A DNA stretch of 64,000 nucleotides, taken from positions 33,239 to 97,238 of the forward strand of contig JABLXU010000008.1 of the NCBI GenBank assembly GCA_013177805.1, in the 5' to 3' direction. Position 1 is the first letter of the stretch; each line of letters starts with the position of its first letter. The position numbers and the translations under genes are program-made. The notes below the pieces were generated by a model, which saw nothing but the letters and a program-made list of their open reading frames with translations, ran no database searches and was not told where the DNA came from. Positions 27,549 through 37,800 of this stretch are shown here, piece after piece. Origin of the DNA: Candidatus Omnitrophota bacterium. Lineage in GTDB: Bacteria; Hinthialibacterota; Hinthialibacteria; Hinthialibacterales; Hinthialibacteraceae.

Positions 27549-29051
27549 ATGTTGGACTCATCGCGCGAGCCGGCAGAAGGAGACAGACTGATTCAGTTGG
27601 AGGGAGTAGACGTGGCCGCCGGCGGCCGCATCTTGCTCCACGATATTACATGGTGTTTGCGCGCGAAAGAAAATTGGGGGATTTTTGGAGGCAACGGGGC
27701 CGGGAAATCCACGTTCTTGCGTCTCGTGCGCGGGGAAATCTGGCCGGTTCCCGGCCGGGGCCGGCGTCTCTACGCGTGGAACGGCGCCCCGCAGGAAAGC
27801 CCCGTCGGGATCCGTGAAAACATCGGATACGTCTCCTCCGAACTGCACGACCTTTATCAACGACAGGAATGGGATATGCCCTGCCCCGACGCGGTAGGGA
27901 CGGGTTTTTTCGATACACCGTGGCTGTATTCGCCCCTTACCTCTCAGCAACGTCAGGCGGTGAAGGAGATCTTCCAGGAATTGGGGATCGAGGATTTGTA
28001 TAATAGGCGGATCGGGGAATTGTCACGGGGTGAAGGGCGGAAAATCCTGATTGCCCGCGCGTTGGTGGCCCGTCCCCGCTTGTTACTTTTGGATGAATGT
28101 TGCGGTGGAGTGGATGTCCACACGCGCCGCTCCCTGCTGGATTTGATCGCTCAAATCGCCGCGCGTGGCACGCAAATCCTGTACGCCAGCCACCGGGCCG
28201 ATGAGATCCCGCCGGTGCTGACTCACGCGTTGTACCTGAAACAGGGACGGATTCAAAGCCAAGGGCCACGGCGGGTGGATGATCATTGCCACACGCCGGC
28301 TCATTCAATGATCCCTCGCCAGCCGGAAACGGGGCACGAAAAATCGGATCCGCCAATCAATGGGGAGTTTTTGATTGAGATTCACAACGCTTCGGTATGG
28401 CTGGATGGGAAGAAAGTCCTGCATGATCTCTGCTGGCGGATGCGGCCGGATGAAAACTGGCTGATCCGGGGTCCGAACGGTTCGGGGAAGTCAACGTTGC
28501 TGCGCCTGATCGCGGGGGAGGTGTGGCCCGCGCACGGCGGCGCGGTGTACCGGTTCCAATCCCGCGGCCTGCTTTCCAGGGAGGAAATCGGACGGCGCAC
28601 CGGGGTGGTCTCGCCGGTGTTGCAGGCTACCTATGGATACAATCTCACTGTGTTGGGAATGGTCTTGTCCGGTTTGTCTTCCTCCATCGGCTTGTATCAA
28701 GAAGTGACGGAGAAAGACCAGGCCAAGGCGGAAGAATGGCTGAGGATTCTGGGGATTTCCCACCTCGCCTCGCGGTTGTTTCGCGGCCTGTCGTATGGGG
28801 AGCAGCGGAAAACGCTGCTGGCGCGGGCCATGATCCATGATCCCGCCCTGCTGTTGCTGGACGAGCCTTGCGACGGTTTGGACGCGGAATCACGGGCGGA
28901 ATTCTTGCGCGCACTCGACCGTCTGGCGCGAGAACGGACCCGGATCGTGTTGGTCACGCATCACCCGGAGGACCAGATCCCCGCCATCACCCATATTTTG
29001 GAAATAGATCAAGGCCGGACCGCCGCCGTGATCCCGGTCCCCGCCGGATGA
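27549..29051 (+). CDS. tandem-ATPase ABC protein without membrane domain (ModF-like)
   Basis: Two ABC modules. The first has GGNGAGKSTFLRL / LSRGEGRKILIARAL / LLLLDE. The second has GPNGSGKSTLLRL / LSYGEQRKTLLARAM / LLLLDEP. The track ORF starts at a TTG at 27540; the ATG at 27549 is preferred. Confidence 0.8.
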   Translation: MLDSSREPAEGDRLIQLEGVDVAAGGRILLHDITWCLRAKENWGIFGGNGAGKSTFLRLVRGEIWPVPGRGRRLYAWNGAPQESPVGIRENIGYVSSELHDLYQRQEWDMPCPDAVGTGFFDTPWLYSPLTSQQRQAVKEIFQELGIEDLYNRRIGELSRGEGRKILIARALVARPRLLLLDECCGGVDVHTRRSLLDLIAQIAARGTQILYASHRADEIPPVLTHALYLKQGRIQSQGPRRVDDHCHTPAHSMIPRQPETGHEKSDPPINGEFLIEIHNASVWLDGKKVLHDLCWRMRPDENWLIRGPNGSGKSTLLRLIAGEVWPAHGGAVYRFQSRGLLSREEIGRRTGVVSPVLQATYGYNLTVLGMVLSGLSSSIGLYQEVTEKDQAKAEEWLRILGISHLASRLFRGLSYGEQRKTLLARAMIHDPALLLLDEPCDGLDAESRAEFLRALDRLARERTRIVLVTHHPEDQIPAITHILEIDQGRTAAVIPVPAG

Positions 29052-29186
29052 TCCCGCCGCGGCGGGATTCAACAGCGGCGTCCGCGCGCTTTTTCGAGGC
29101 TGCACATCCGGCTACAATCTCCTATATCCAACCTAGGTAATTTGAGGCCATCAGCGGGATTCAGGGAAGACAGGATTCAATTAAAA

Positions 29187-29366
29187 ATGACACAATGGCT
29201 AGCCATTGGATCGGTTTTAGGACTTCTAGCGGTTACCCTGGCGGGGGTGGTATGGTTTTCATCCACCAACAAACGGCCTCGGCGCAAACAGTATCCCGTG
29301 CCGGAGCAAGGCTGGTCCAACACCGCGATCCGTAAGCAGGGGAAAGCGGGCAAAGGAATACGGTAA
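29187..29366 (+). CDS. possible small single-pass membrane protein
   Basis: MTQWLAIGSVLGLLAVTLAGVVWFSS followed by a basic tail. No clear RBS, so this is weakly supported. Confidence 0.2.
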   Translation: MTQWLAIGSVLGLLAVTLAGVVWFSSTNKRPRRKQYPVPEQGWSNTAIRKQGKAGKGIR

Positions 29367-29384
29367 AAGCCAAAGGATATCACC

Positions 29385-29828
29385 ATGCGTTTTTCAAAAA
29401 CCACGGATTACGCGCTCCGGATCATGGTGGCGCTCGCGCTCAGTCCGGAAGAACGGTTGAGTTTGCATACCTTGGCCAGCCGGGAACAAATCCCACGGAA
29501 GTTTCTTGAGCACGTGGTGCGCAGCCTCAAGGAAGCGAACTTGGTGCAAAGCACTCCCGGTCCCAAAGGGGGATACCAACTTAGCCTGCCCGCCACACTG
29601 ATCACCGTGGCACAGATCATCCAAGCCATCCAAGGCCCCCTGCTGCCCGGAGACCGGTTGGATCCCGATTCCAAGCCGAATCACCTCAAGGAGCCGATCA
29701 AACGTCTGCAGATGGTAGTCAACGATGTGCGCGCTTTCGCCCGCCAGCGATTGGAAGCGTTGACCTTGGCCGATCTCGCCGAAGTGCGCGAGACGGGTGT
29801 CCATGAGATGTTAATGTATTATATTTAG
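29385..29828 (+). CDS. Rrf2 family transcriptional regulator (no cysteines)
   Basis: MRFSKTTDYALRIMVALA...IPRKFLEHVVRSLKEANLVQSTPGPKGGYQL is a winged-HTH Rrf2 signature. The protein contains no Cys, so no Fe-S ligands. Confidence 0.85.
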   Translation: MRFSKTTDYALRIMVALALSPEERLSLHTLASREQIPRKFLEHVVRSLKEANLVQSTPGPKGGYQLSLPATLITVAQIIQAIQGPLLPGDRLDPDSKPNHLKEPIKRLQMVVNDVRAFARQRLEALTLADLAEVRETGVHEMLMYYI

Positions 29829-29869
29829 AATCTTTCTTGATCATTTAAAACGTTTTTTGCTGATTCATC

Positions 29870-30412
29870 ATGGAATTTTGGAAAATCATGGTCATTGCCT
29901 TGGCTTTAGGAGGGGATGCGTTTTCCGTGGCGTTGGGGATCGGTTCCAAACCCCGGTTCAGTGGGCAGGCGTTCCGGCTGGGATTTCATTTCGGGTTGTT
30001 TCAAACTTTCATGCCGCTGATCGGGTGGGGAATCGGGTGGACCATGTTGAGTTGGGTTCAGGCATGGGACCATTGGATCGCGTCGGGCATGGTGGGAGCC
30101 GTAGCGGTTCACGCGCTCGTGGAGGCTTTGCGTACTGATGAGAAAGAAACCACGACCGATTATTCGCGGGGCTGGTATCTCATTTCCCTCTCCGTGGCCA
30201 CCAGCATCGACGCCCTGGCGGTGGGATTCGCGTTTGGGGTGTTGAATATCCCACCCTGGACTCCCAGTATCATCATCGGCATTACGGCGGGAGTCATGAC
30301 CCTCAGCGGCTTGTTTTTAGGCCGGTGGCTGCGGAGTTGTTTCGGCAAGGCGGTGCAAGTCCTGGGGGGGATTCTCCTCCTTTTCATTGCGTTCAAGTTG
30401 ACACAGATTTAG
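29870..30412 (+). CDS. mntP: manganese efflux pump MntP family protein
   Basis: 180-aa polytopic protein with duplicated GGDAFSVALG / SIDALAVGFAFG motifs typical of MntP (DUF204). Confidence 0.85.
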   Translation: MEFWKIMVIALALGGDAFSVALGIGSKPRFSGQAFRLGFHFGLFQTFMPLIGWGIGWTMLSWVQAWDHWIASGMVGAVAVHALVEALRTDEKETTTDYSRGWYLISLSVATSIDALAVGFAFGVLNIPPWTPSIIIGITAGVMTLSGLFLGRWLRSCFGKAVQVLGGILLLFIAFKLTQI

Positions 30413-30429
30413 AGCCGGGTGATGGATTC

Positions 30430-31971
30430 TCACGGATTTTCCAGCCGCAGGCGGGGATCGGCCAGGTCCAGCCGGTACATGATCTGGTTGTAATCATAGC
30501 GCGGCGTGGCCGATGGGGCGTTCGAGAAGGCGCGCGAGTAGGTTCCTTCGAAGTAGATCAACCGTCCCCCATCCTCATCAAAGAAAGGATGGTGCACGGG
30601 ATTGTAGAACGTGTATTGATCATGGGTGACGATCTTGCGGACGCGCCGCCAGGGGCCGGTGGGTGTGTCCGCTTCCGAGTACCAGACTTCGCCTAAAAAG
30701 GACGATTTCCCGCCCATTTGCACGCCGATGAGAATCCACCGCTTCCGGTACGCGTTCCAATAGACGGAACCGGAATGGATGGCCACCGGCTCGCCGGATT
30801 CCACGTCGCGGGGCAGGAAATGCGCCTCTTCCGGCTTGAGCAAGCCGTGTTGGATCAATTCTTGTTCTTCCTTGGCTTCGACGGGATCGGTGTTCTTCTT
30901 CCAACCGTATATCGGGCGGCCTTGCGCGTCGCGTTCCAGCACGGAATTCCGGCTCCGGAAGGTTTCCCCAGGGGCAAGGCAGGAGAAGGCCTCGTAGGCG
31001 TTGGGATCGGCGAGGCTCTCAAGATCCGCCCGCGCGCGCACGACGGGGTAGGCGATCATATAGTAAACATATTGATCTTCGGTGTCAGGAGACCGCATTG
31101 CATGTCCCCGGGGCAGCCGCCATTGGTTCGCGAGATCGATCTCCAGCCATTTATCGAAGGTCTGGGTATCGTCATTGAACCGGACCAATCCTTGCCCCAG
31201 CACATCACCTAACTTTCGAAGGTGGGAATACCGGGCCACCATGCGTTCCTGCCCGCTCTCGTCATTCAGGACCGTCACCCCGTCGATCCAGATCAAGCCC
31301 TCGTTCACGATCGGGCACAACGGGCGGCAGAATCCGTCTTCGTTGACGAAATAGTTCAGATCGATCCCTTGGGAGGGAGGCAAACCGCCCTTGGCCACCA
31401 GTTCGGAGGTGGCACCTGACATGCGGAAATTGCCCAAGGGATACGAGGCGCGGTTCGTATCACCCCAGAACCAATAGATCCGTCCCCGGTACAGGGCGGG
31501 CAGCACAGAATCCTGCCCCAGGACGCCGCCGTTGAGCACCGGTTCGCGGAGGGGGACCGGCGCGCCGGTCAAGACACTGTCGCGGTAGATTCCCTGTCCC
31601 GTGATGCGGTACAGGCGTTCGGCGATGTTTTGGCGTTGAATATGGACCGTGGCGCTGCCGCCGGGTTTAGTCTGGAGCCGCACGCCAGCCATGCCGAAAC
31701 CGTCTTTTTGGATTTCGTAACCATGGCTGCGGACATGGAAAAACACGGTCTGGTCCATGAGTCCCGGTTCGTAGAATGCCACAATGCCGTTGCTGTCGGT
31801 CACGTAGAGGATGTTGTTCACGGTCTCCAGCTCTACCAGGGGTACGCCTCGGCCGGTTTGCTCGTCGATCACCCGGATTTGGAAATAGGGGGAAGCCTTC
31901 TCTTGACCAAAGCCGGAAAGAGGAGTGAGCAACGCGAACACGATTCCAGCCTGGATGATCCATTGGTTCAT
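30430..31971 (-). CDS. secreted hypothetical protein (N-terminal carboxypeptidase-regulatory-like beta-sandwich, large unassigned C-terminal domain)
   Basis: The ATG at 31971 gives the signal peptide MNQWIIQAGIVFALLTPLSGFG. It is followed by FQIRVIDEQTGRGVPLVELETVNNILYVTDSNGIVAF. The remainder is not recognised by me. The track ORF extends to 32055. Confidence 0.65.
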   Translation of the reverse strand: MNQWIIQAGIVFALLTPLSGFGQEKASPYFQIRVIDEQTGRGVPLVELETVNNILYVTDSNGIVAFYEPGLMDQTVFFHVRSHGYEIQKDGFGMAGVRLQTKPGGSATVHIQRQNIAERLYRITGQGIYRDSVLTGAPVPLREPVLNGGVLGQDSVLPALYRGRIYWFWGDTNRASYPLGNFRMSGATSELVAKGGLPPSQGIDLNYFVNEDGFCRPLCPIVNEGLIWIDGVTVLNDESGQERMVARYSHLRKLGDVLGQGLVRFNDDTQTFDKWLEIDLANQWRLPRGHAMRSPDTEDQYVYYMIAYPVVRARADLESLADPNAYEAFSCLAPGETFRSRNSVLERDAQGRPIYGWKKNTDPVEAKEEQELIQHGLLKPEEAHFLPRDVESGEPVAIHSGSVYWNAYRKRWILIGVQMGGKSSFLGEVWYSEADTPTGPWRRVRKIVTHDQYTFYNPVHHPFFDEDGGRLIYFEGTYSRAFSNAPSATPRYDYNQIMYRLDLADPRLRLENP

Positions 31972-32229
31972 TGGCAATATCTCCCATTCGGACAACAGCC
32001 ATTCCGTGAAGTCTGGTAAGAGGATTGACAAACAGACCCTATCTTCAATCTTCAACCTATCTTATTAATTCAGTAATACGTAATTAATAATAATTTTTAA
32101 AAAGAAACAGCCTACGGAAGAACAGTGGATGATCCATCCGGGATCTTTATCCGCCCGGCCCTTAATCCGGTCAGAAAATTTCCGGAAGATATAAAACCGT
32201 TTGGAGTTCCCGGCGTTACATCCCATAAC

Positions 32230-32859
32230 ATGCAAAATACGGTCATGGAACCAATCACGGAAGAGAGCAAGGATCTGCCGGCCTGTTCGGATGAAGAGGT
32301 GATGCAGCGCTACGCCCGGGGCGAGGCGGAAGCCTTCGAGGAATTATTTCAGCGGCATAAACAATCGGTGTACGCGTTTATCCGGTTGTTCCTGACCGCA
32401 TCGGACCAGGTGGATGATGTGTTTCAGACCGTCTTTTTCCGCCTGATCCGGAACCGGGGACGCTATCAGCCTACGGCCAAGTTCACGACCTGGCTATTCA
32501 CTCTGACCCGGTCGGCCTGCATCGACGCCATGCGCCAAAAGAAAAGCGCGGAAATCATCCTGTTGTTTCCCGGCCGGGAGGACGGTTCCGAAGTGCCGGG
32601 GATCCACGATTTCCCCAGCCCGGACCGGTCCCCGCGGGAGGCGAGTTACCTGAGCGAGGTACGGGAGGCCATCGACGAGGTGATTCAATCGTTACCCATG
32701 GCGCAGCGGGAAGTTTTGCTACTGCGGGAAAAGACTGATTTGACTTTTGAAGAAATCGGCCGGGTGCTGGGTTGCCCAGCCAACACGGTGAAAAGCCGGA
32801 TGCATTACGCGTTGCTCGCGCTGCGGCGCGGGCTCAAGGAAAGAGGGATCGAAGGATGA
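32230..32859 (+). CDS. ECF-type RNA polymerase sigma-70 family factor
   Basis: Region 2 (EAFEELFQRHKQSVYAFIRLFL...DDVFQTVFFRLI) and region 4 HTH (LPMAQREVLLLREKTDLTFEEIGRVLGCPANTVKSRMHYAL). The start at 32230 or 32245 is preferred over the GTG at 32125. Confidence 0.85.
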   Translation: MQNTVMEPITEESKDLPACSDEEVMQRYARGEAEAFEELFQRHKQSVYAFIRLFLTASDQVDDVFQTVFFRLIRNRGRYQPTAKFTTWLFTLTRSACIDAMRQKKSAEIILLFPGREDGSEVPGIHDFPSPDRSPREASYLSEVREAIDEVIQSLPMAQREVLLLREKTDLTFEEIGRVLGCPANTVKSRMHYALLALRRGLKERGIEG

Positions 32860-34547
32860 TGCGATGCAAAACGGCGCGCGCGTTGATGATGGAACGGCTG
32901 TATGAACCGCCGGTTCCGGAGGAAGCCGCCCAGCTGGAGATCCACCTGGCAGCGTGCCCCACTTGCGCGGCGGAATGGGACGAGGTGCAACGCGCGCATG
33001 CTATCTTGAGAAAATTTCAAGATCCGGCCGTGCCCCTCTGGCTGGAGAGGAAAGTGACTGCCGCATCGAGGGCGGATTCCACTCTCGGGATAGGGATTCC
33101 GGAGCGGCGGGTCCGTGTGCGCCTGTGGATGAAACTGGCGGCGGCGGCCTCGTTCTTGTTGCTGCTGGCCGGGGTGTATCCCTATACCTGGCAGAATTCC
33201 GTTTCCCTTCGGCCTCCCATCCAGAAAGAGGCGGTTCCCGAGCGAGCGGCAGCGGGGATTGCGCTTTCTCCCGCCGTAGATCTTCCCGCCGCGCCGCCAA
33301 TCGCGATGGAACCACTCCCGGAAGCTCCCGCGCCGGCCGATCCGCCTGCGCTGGGGGTGACAACGAGGCGGAGGGCTGGTCTGGCGTCTCCCACCGATGC
33401 CGAAACGCTGGCGGCGGGACGCCCGGTCCGGGCCTTCCAGGCTCAGCCCGAAGCGAAACTGGCAGCGAAACCGGAGGAAGCGGACGGGAATCAAAAAGCC
33501 GAAGAGTTGTTCCGCACCGGATTGAAGCTCTACAACACCGCGTTCACCAAAATCGGAGAGGATCAGAAGACATTGCTGAAAAGCGCCATCGTGATGCTGG
33601 AGGATGTAGAGAAGCAACATTCCGGTGAGACTTATTGGATCGCGCTGGCGTTGATCCTTATCGCCGATTCGTACCGCGCGCTGGGCGACACAGAGACCGC
33701 GGCCCGGACGTATCAGCGGATGATCGAGCGTTTTCCGGATCAAGAAACTTATTGCCGGCAGGCGCGGGAGTCACTGGTTAAGTTATGGCTCAACCGTTCG
33801 GAGACCGTGCAACAGGCCGAAAACGAATTGGATGTGTACGCGGCCAAGTATCCGGGCAGCCTGGAGTTCGCGCGGCTGGCGATGGCGTTTTGCGAGATTA
33901 CGCGGCGGGAGCATCCGGACCGGGCCATGGCCTGGTGCCGGCGGGTGATGGAGCAGTTTCCGGACCAGCATCCCGAGCGGCAGAAAGCCTCGCGGATGCT
34001 GGCACTAGTTGAAAATCCCTTACGGGACACGTTCTACATCGAATCCTGGTGGCTGATGGGGCCGTTGCCGGCAGAGACGTTGCCTGAAGAAGGGGAGGGA
34101 TTCCGTCTTGCCTCCTGGCTCAAGCCGCTGCGGAAGCCCCTAACGAGTCCACGGTACGAATTGCGGCGGGAACGGGGAATGGAGATCGATCTGGAGAAAG
34201 AATTCAAGAACACCGTGGCCCCGGCGAGCGCCTTCGCGCGGACCTATCTCCACAGCGCCACGGACGCGGAAATCTTTCTGCAAACCGGCTTCAGTGACGG
34301 CATCCGGATCTGGTGCAACAACGCTCCCGTGTGGGGCCAAATCACGCATCAGGATTACCAGAAAGACCAATACGCGGTGATGCTGCCCCTCAAGGCGGGA
34401 TGGAACGAAATCCTGATCAAAACCTACCACTTGCGTCCGGAAGCGGCCTGGAAGTTCAGCGCGATTCCCACCGGCTTGGATGGACATCTGTTGCCGGAGT
34501 TGAAGGTTGATCCAGGCAAGGGCGGCGCGATCAGCTTGAGCGAATGA
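32856..34547 (+). CDS. anti-sigma factor (zf-HC2), single-pass membrane, with extracytoplasmic TPR-like and beta-rich C-terminal domains
   Basis: The ATG at 32856 overlaps the sigma stop (ATGA). HLAACPTCAAEWDE is the zinc-finger motif. TM segment LWMKLAAAASFLLLLAGVYPY. A Pro/Ala-rich linker is followed by helical repeats and a C-terminal FLQTGFSDGIRIWCNNAPVWG jelly-roll-like segment. Confidence 0.75.
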   Translation: MMRCKTARALMMERLYEPPVPEEAAQLEIHLAACPTCAAEWDEVQRAHAILRKFQDPAVPLWLERKVTAASRADSTLGIGIPERRVRVRLWMKLAAAASFLLLLAGVYPYTWQNSVSLRPPIQKEAVPERAAAGIALSPAVDLPAAPPIAMEPLPEAPAPADPPALGVTTRRRAGLASPTDAETLAAGRPVRAFQAQPEAKLAAKPEEADGNQKAEELFRTGLKLYNTAFTKIGEDQKTLLKSAIVMLEDVEKQHSGETYWIALALILIADSYRALGDTETAARTYQRMIERFPDQETYCRQARESLVKLWLNRSETVQQAENELDVYAAKYPGSLEFARLAMAFCEITRREHPDRAMAWCRRVMEQFPDQHPERQKASRMLALVENPLRDTFYIESWWLMGPLPAETLPEEGEGFRLASWLKPLRKPLTSPRYELRRERGMEIDLEKEFKNTVAPASAFARTYLHSATDAEIFLQTGFSDGIRIWCNNAPVWGQITHQDYQKDQYAVMLPLKAGWNEILIKTYHLRPEAAWKFSAIPTGLDGHLLPELKVDPGKGGAISLSE

Positions 34548-34706
34548 ATCATCTTCGGGGAGATGGAAAAAGTAGATATTCCTTAATCCGTATGATGAAC
34601 CTTTTAGACTGCGATGGATGAACAATCCTTGAGCGCCAAAGGCGCGGAAGAAACTAGCCCAGGGCGTTGCCCTGGGATGAGTCCAACAACAATCCCTCCT
34701 TTTCAT

Positions 34707-34743
34707 TTCCCTCTCCCTCTGGGAGAGGGGCTGGGTGAGGGAA
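34707..34743 (+). repeat. GC-rich palindromic intergenic repeat, copy E
   Basis: ttccctctccctctgggagaggggctgggtgagggaa. Confidence 0.65.
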
Positions 34744-34843
34744 GCCCTGAAAGGGCGGAAGAATCAATATTCTGTGGATCCTGCGTGATGTGATCGGTGT
34801 GAAGAGGTTTAAGGCTGTTCCTAATACGCGATTCGAGGTTGTC

Positions 34844-37800
34844 ATGATGAAATCGTTACCGGTATGGATTTTGTGGTTCGCCGTATTGGCGCCAGGGGCG
34901 GGCCATGCCGAAATCACGCTGGACAAGGACCAAATCCAGACAGAGCGGACGGCGGAGTCACTTCTCATCACGCTTCCCCTGCGGTATTCAGCGGAAATCC
35001 AAGCCATGGGAGACCTGGTGGTGACCTTGCTGGACGACGGCTACCGGCCGCTGGCGCGGATGGAGAAAAAACTGGTGCTGTTTCCCGGCGGTCAAGCGGA
35101 GCAGGTGGCGTTGCCGATCGAGTCCGGGAGTGCGGAAATCGACACGTGCCGGGTGCGGATCGACCTGATGGGCCATACCTGGCTGAAGCGGCTGGGCAGG
35201 ACCCACCAAACGCAAGACGTCCATGTGATCGGCCAGCCGCAATGGCATAGCGGGAGTCAGGCGGCTTTGCGGGTGGTGGTGACCCGTGCTCCGGGCAACG
35301 AACCGGTAGCGGGGGCGGCCATCACCGCGCGGTGTCTTCCCGTCCAAGGCGGCGAGGCGGTCACGCTGGCGGAAGCGGTTTCGGACGAGCGGGGCAACGC
35401 GGACATCCAGTTCGCGGTGCCGGAGACGCTGGAAGGCAGCCGGACGCTGGCGGTGACGATCGAATCGGCCTACGGAAAGGACGAAGTGAGCTCAGGAGTG
35501 CAGATCGTCCCTGGTACCCGTATTTTCCTCACGACGGACAAGCCGGTTTATCAACCGGGGCAGTTGATTCACATCCGGGCGCTGGCCGTCAACCAGGCAG
35601 CGGGCGTTCCCTTGGCGGAGAAGCCGGTAACGCTGGAAGTTTACGACGGCAAAGGCAACAAGGTCTTCAAGGAGACCAAAACCACCTCTGAATTCGGCAT
35701 CGTGGCGGCCGATTTTCAGCTGGCGGACGACGTCAACCAGGGCGAATACCGCTTCAAAGCCATCCTGGACAATGAAGTCACCGAGAAGACCGCGCAGGTG
35801 TATGAATACGTGCTGCCCAAGTTCCGGGTGGCGGTGCACACGGAACGAACCTTCTACGCGCCGGGCGAATCCGTGAAGGGGGGCGTGGAAGCACGGTACT
35901 TTTTCGGCAAGCCGGTGGCGGGAGCGAACGTGAAGATCACCGCCAATTGCTTCGACGTGGGATTCAACGAATTCGAAACGGTAAACATCCAGACCGATGA
36001 AGAGGGGCGCGGCGAGTTTTCGTTCACCATCCCGGATAAACTTGTGGGCCAGCCGCTGTTCAAGGGCGATACGATCGTGCAGCTCGACGTGCGGGTGCGG
36101 GACAGCGCCGATCACGAGGAACAGAAGATCCATACATTTCCCGTGGCGGTGGATCCCATCCAGGTAGACGCGATCCCCGAAAGCGGCCGGTTGGTCCCCG
36201 GGGTGGAGAATGAAATTTTCCTGGTGGCCTCGCATCCCGACGGCAGCGTGGCCCAGCCGAAGCTGCGGGTGGATTCACGGTTCCTGCCCAAATCCGTGGA
36301 ATTGCAGTGTGATGAGAACGGCATCGCGTCTGTGATGCTTATTCCCCAACCCGTGGAATCCACTCCCGGCGCTCCGTTGACGCAAAACGTGGCCCTCCCG
36401 CGGCCCGATATGCCGGTGTTGACCATCACGGCGGAAGAAGACGGCCGGCGGGCGGTACTGGTCAAGGATTTAGAGACGGAGAGCGCGGCGGAAAGCCTGC
36501 TGTTGCGGGTGGACAAGGGCGTCTATACGGTGGGGCAGGCCATGAATCTCACCGTGCTTTCGCCAGCGTTTCAAAGGGAAACGGTATTTCTGGACATCAT
36601 CAAAAACGGGCAGACCGTGCTCACTAAAACCCTTCCGTTGAAAGACGGCCGCGCCGCGCTGGCCGTCCCCTTGGACAATGCGCTCGCGGGAACGCTGGCG
36701 TTGAGTGCCTACGTCATCCGGCCGGATGGCAACCTGGTGCGGGACACGCGGCAGGTGGTGGTGCTGCGCAGCGACGACCTCCGGATCGAAATTACCTCCG
36801 ACCAGGAGCAATACGAGCCGGGGCAGCCGGCGCGGCTGCGGGTGGCGGTGCGGAGCGGAGCGGGCGAACCGGTGCGGGCGGCGATGAGCTTGCACATCGT
36901 GGATGAAAGCGTGTACAGCCTGAGCGAGAAGGAGCCGGGCCTGGCCAAGGTGTTCTTCGCCATCGAGAAGGAACTGCTGCAGCCCAAGGTGGAAATCCAC
37001 GGTTACGCGCTGGACAAGGTGGTGCGGCTGTCAGCGGTGGAATACGAGAAGAACGCCAATCTGTCCAAGGCGCTGCTCTCCAAACTGGACGCGCGCTCTG
37101 CCTACGCCCTCAACATCTTCACGGGCAGCACGAAAATCAAACAGGCCCGGCAGGAGGTGTACAACCTGCAGAATTACCTGCGGCAAACCTCCCTGCCCAT
37201 GAACACGCCGGAACAGGACGTGGACGAGCTGCTCCTCTCGCTGAACCTGCCGCCGGACGCGGTAAAGACAGTGGATCCCTGGGGCGTTCCCTACCGGGTG
37301 GATTTCCGGGACCGGCGGGTCGCCGTCGCCAGCGCGGGGCCGGACGGGAAGTTCAATACCAGCGATGACATCCAAGGCCCGGCTGAGTATTTCCAGATCA
37401 TGGCCGTGAATGGACAGGCAGACACGCGGTGGTATTTCGCGAATGGGGAACGCAGGGTGGAGAGAGAAATGGATACCATCCAACCTCCGTCGCTGCAGGG
37501 GGGAGACGAAGATCAGGATAGGGTGGAAAGTGAAACGTCTTATTACATTTACGCCGTGCCGAACGTGCCGGTGGACCGTTACGGGGGGACGGGACTCAAT
37601 TTCCGGCGATTAGGCGAATCCGGGGCACGAGGCCGCGCCGTTGTGGACAAGAGAGGAGCTTTCGTGGATGGAATCCAGCAGCCGGAGATTATCGTGGGCG
37701 CGCCCATGAAATTGGGCATGTCCTTGAGGCGAGATCTGATGGCGGAGGTCGAAGCGCGAGCCAAAATGGCTGTCCCGCCTCCCATGGCCGCGCCTCCCGG

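Noticed and set aside
29829-29869. A yybP-ykoY Mn riboswitch upstream of mntP
   Set aside because: Only 41 nt separate the Rrf2 stop from the mntP start, which is far too short for that riboswitch.
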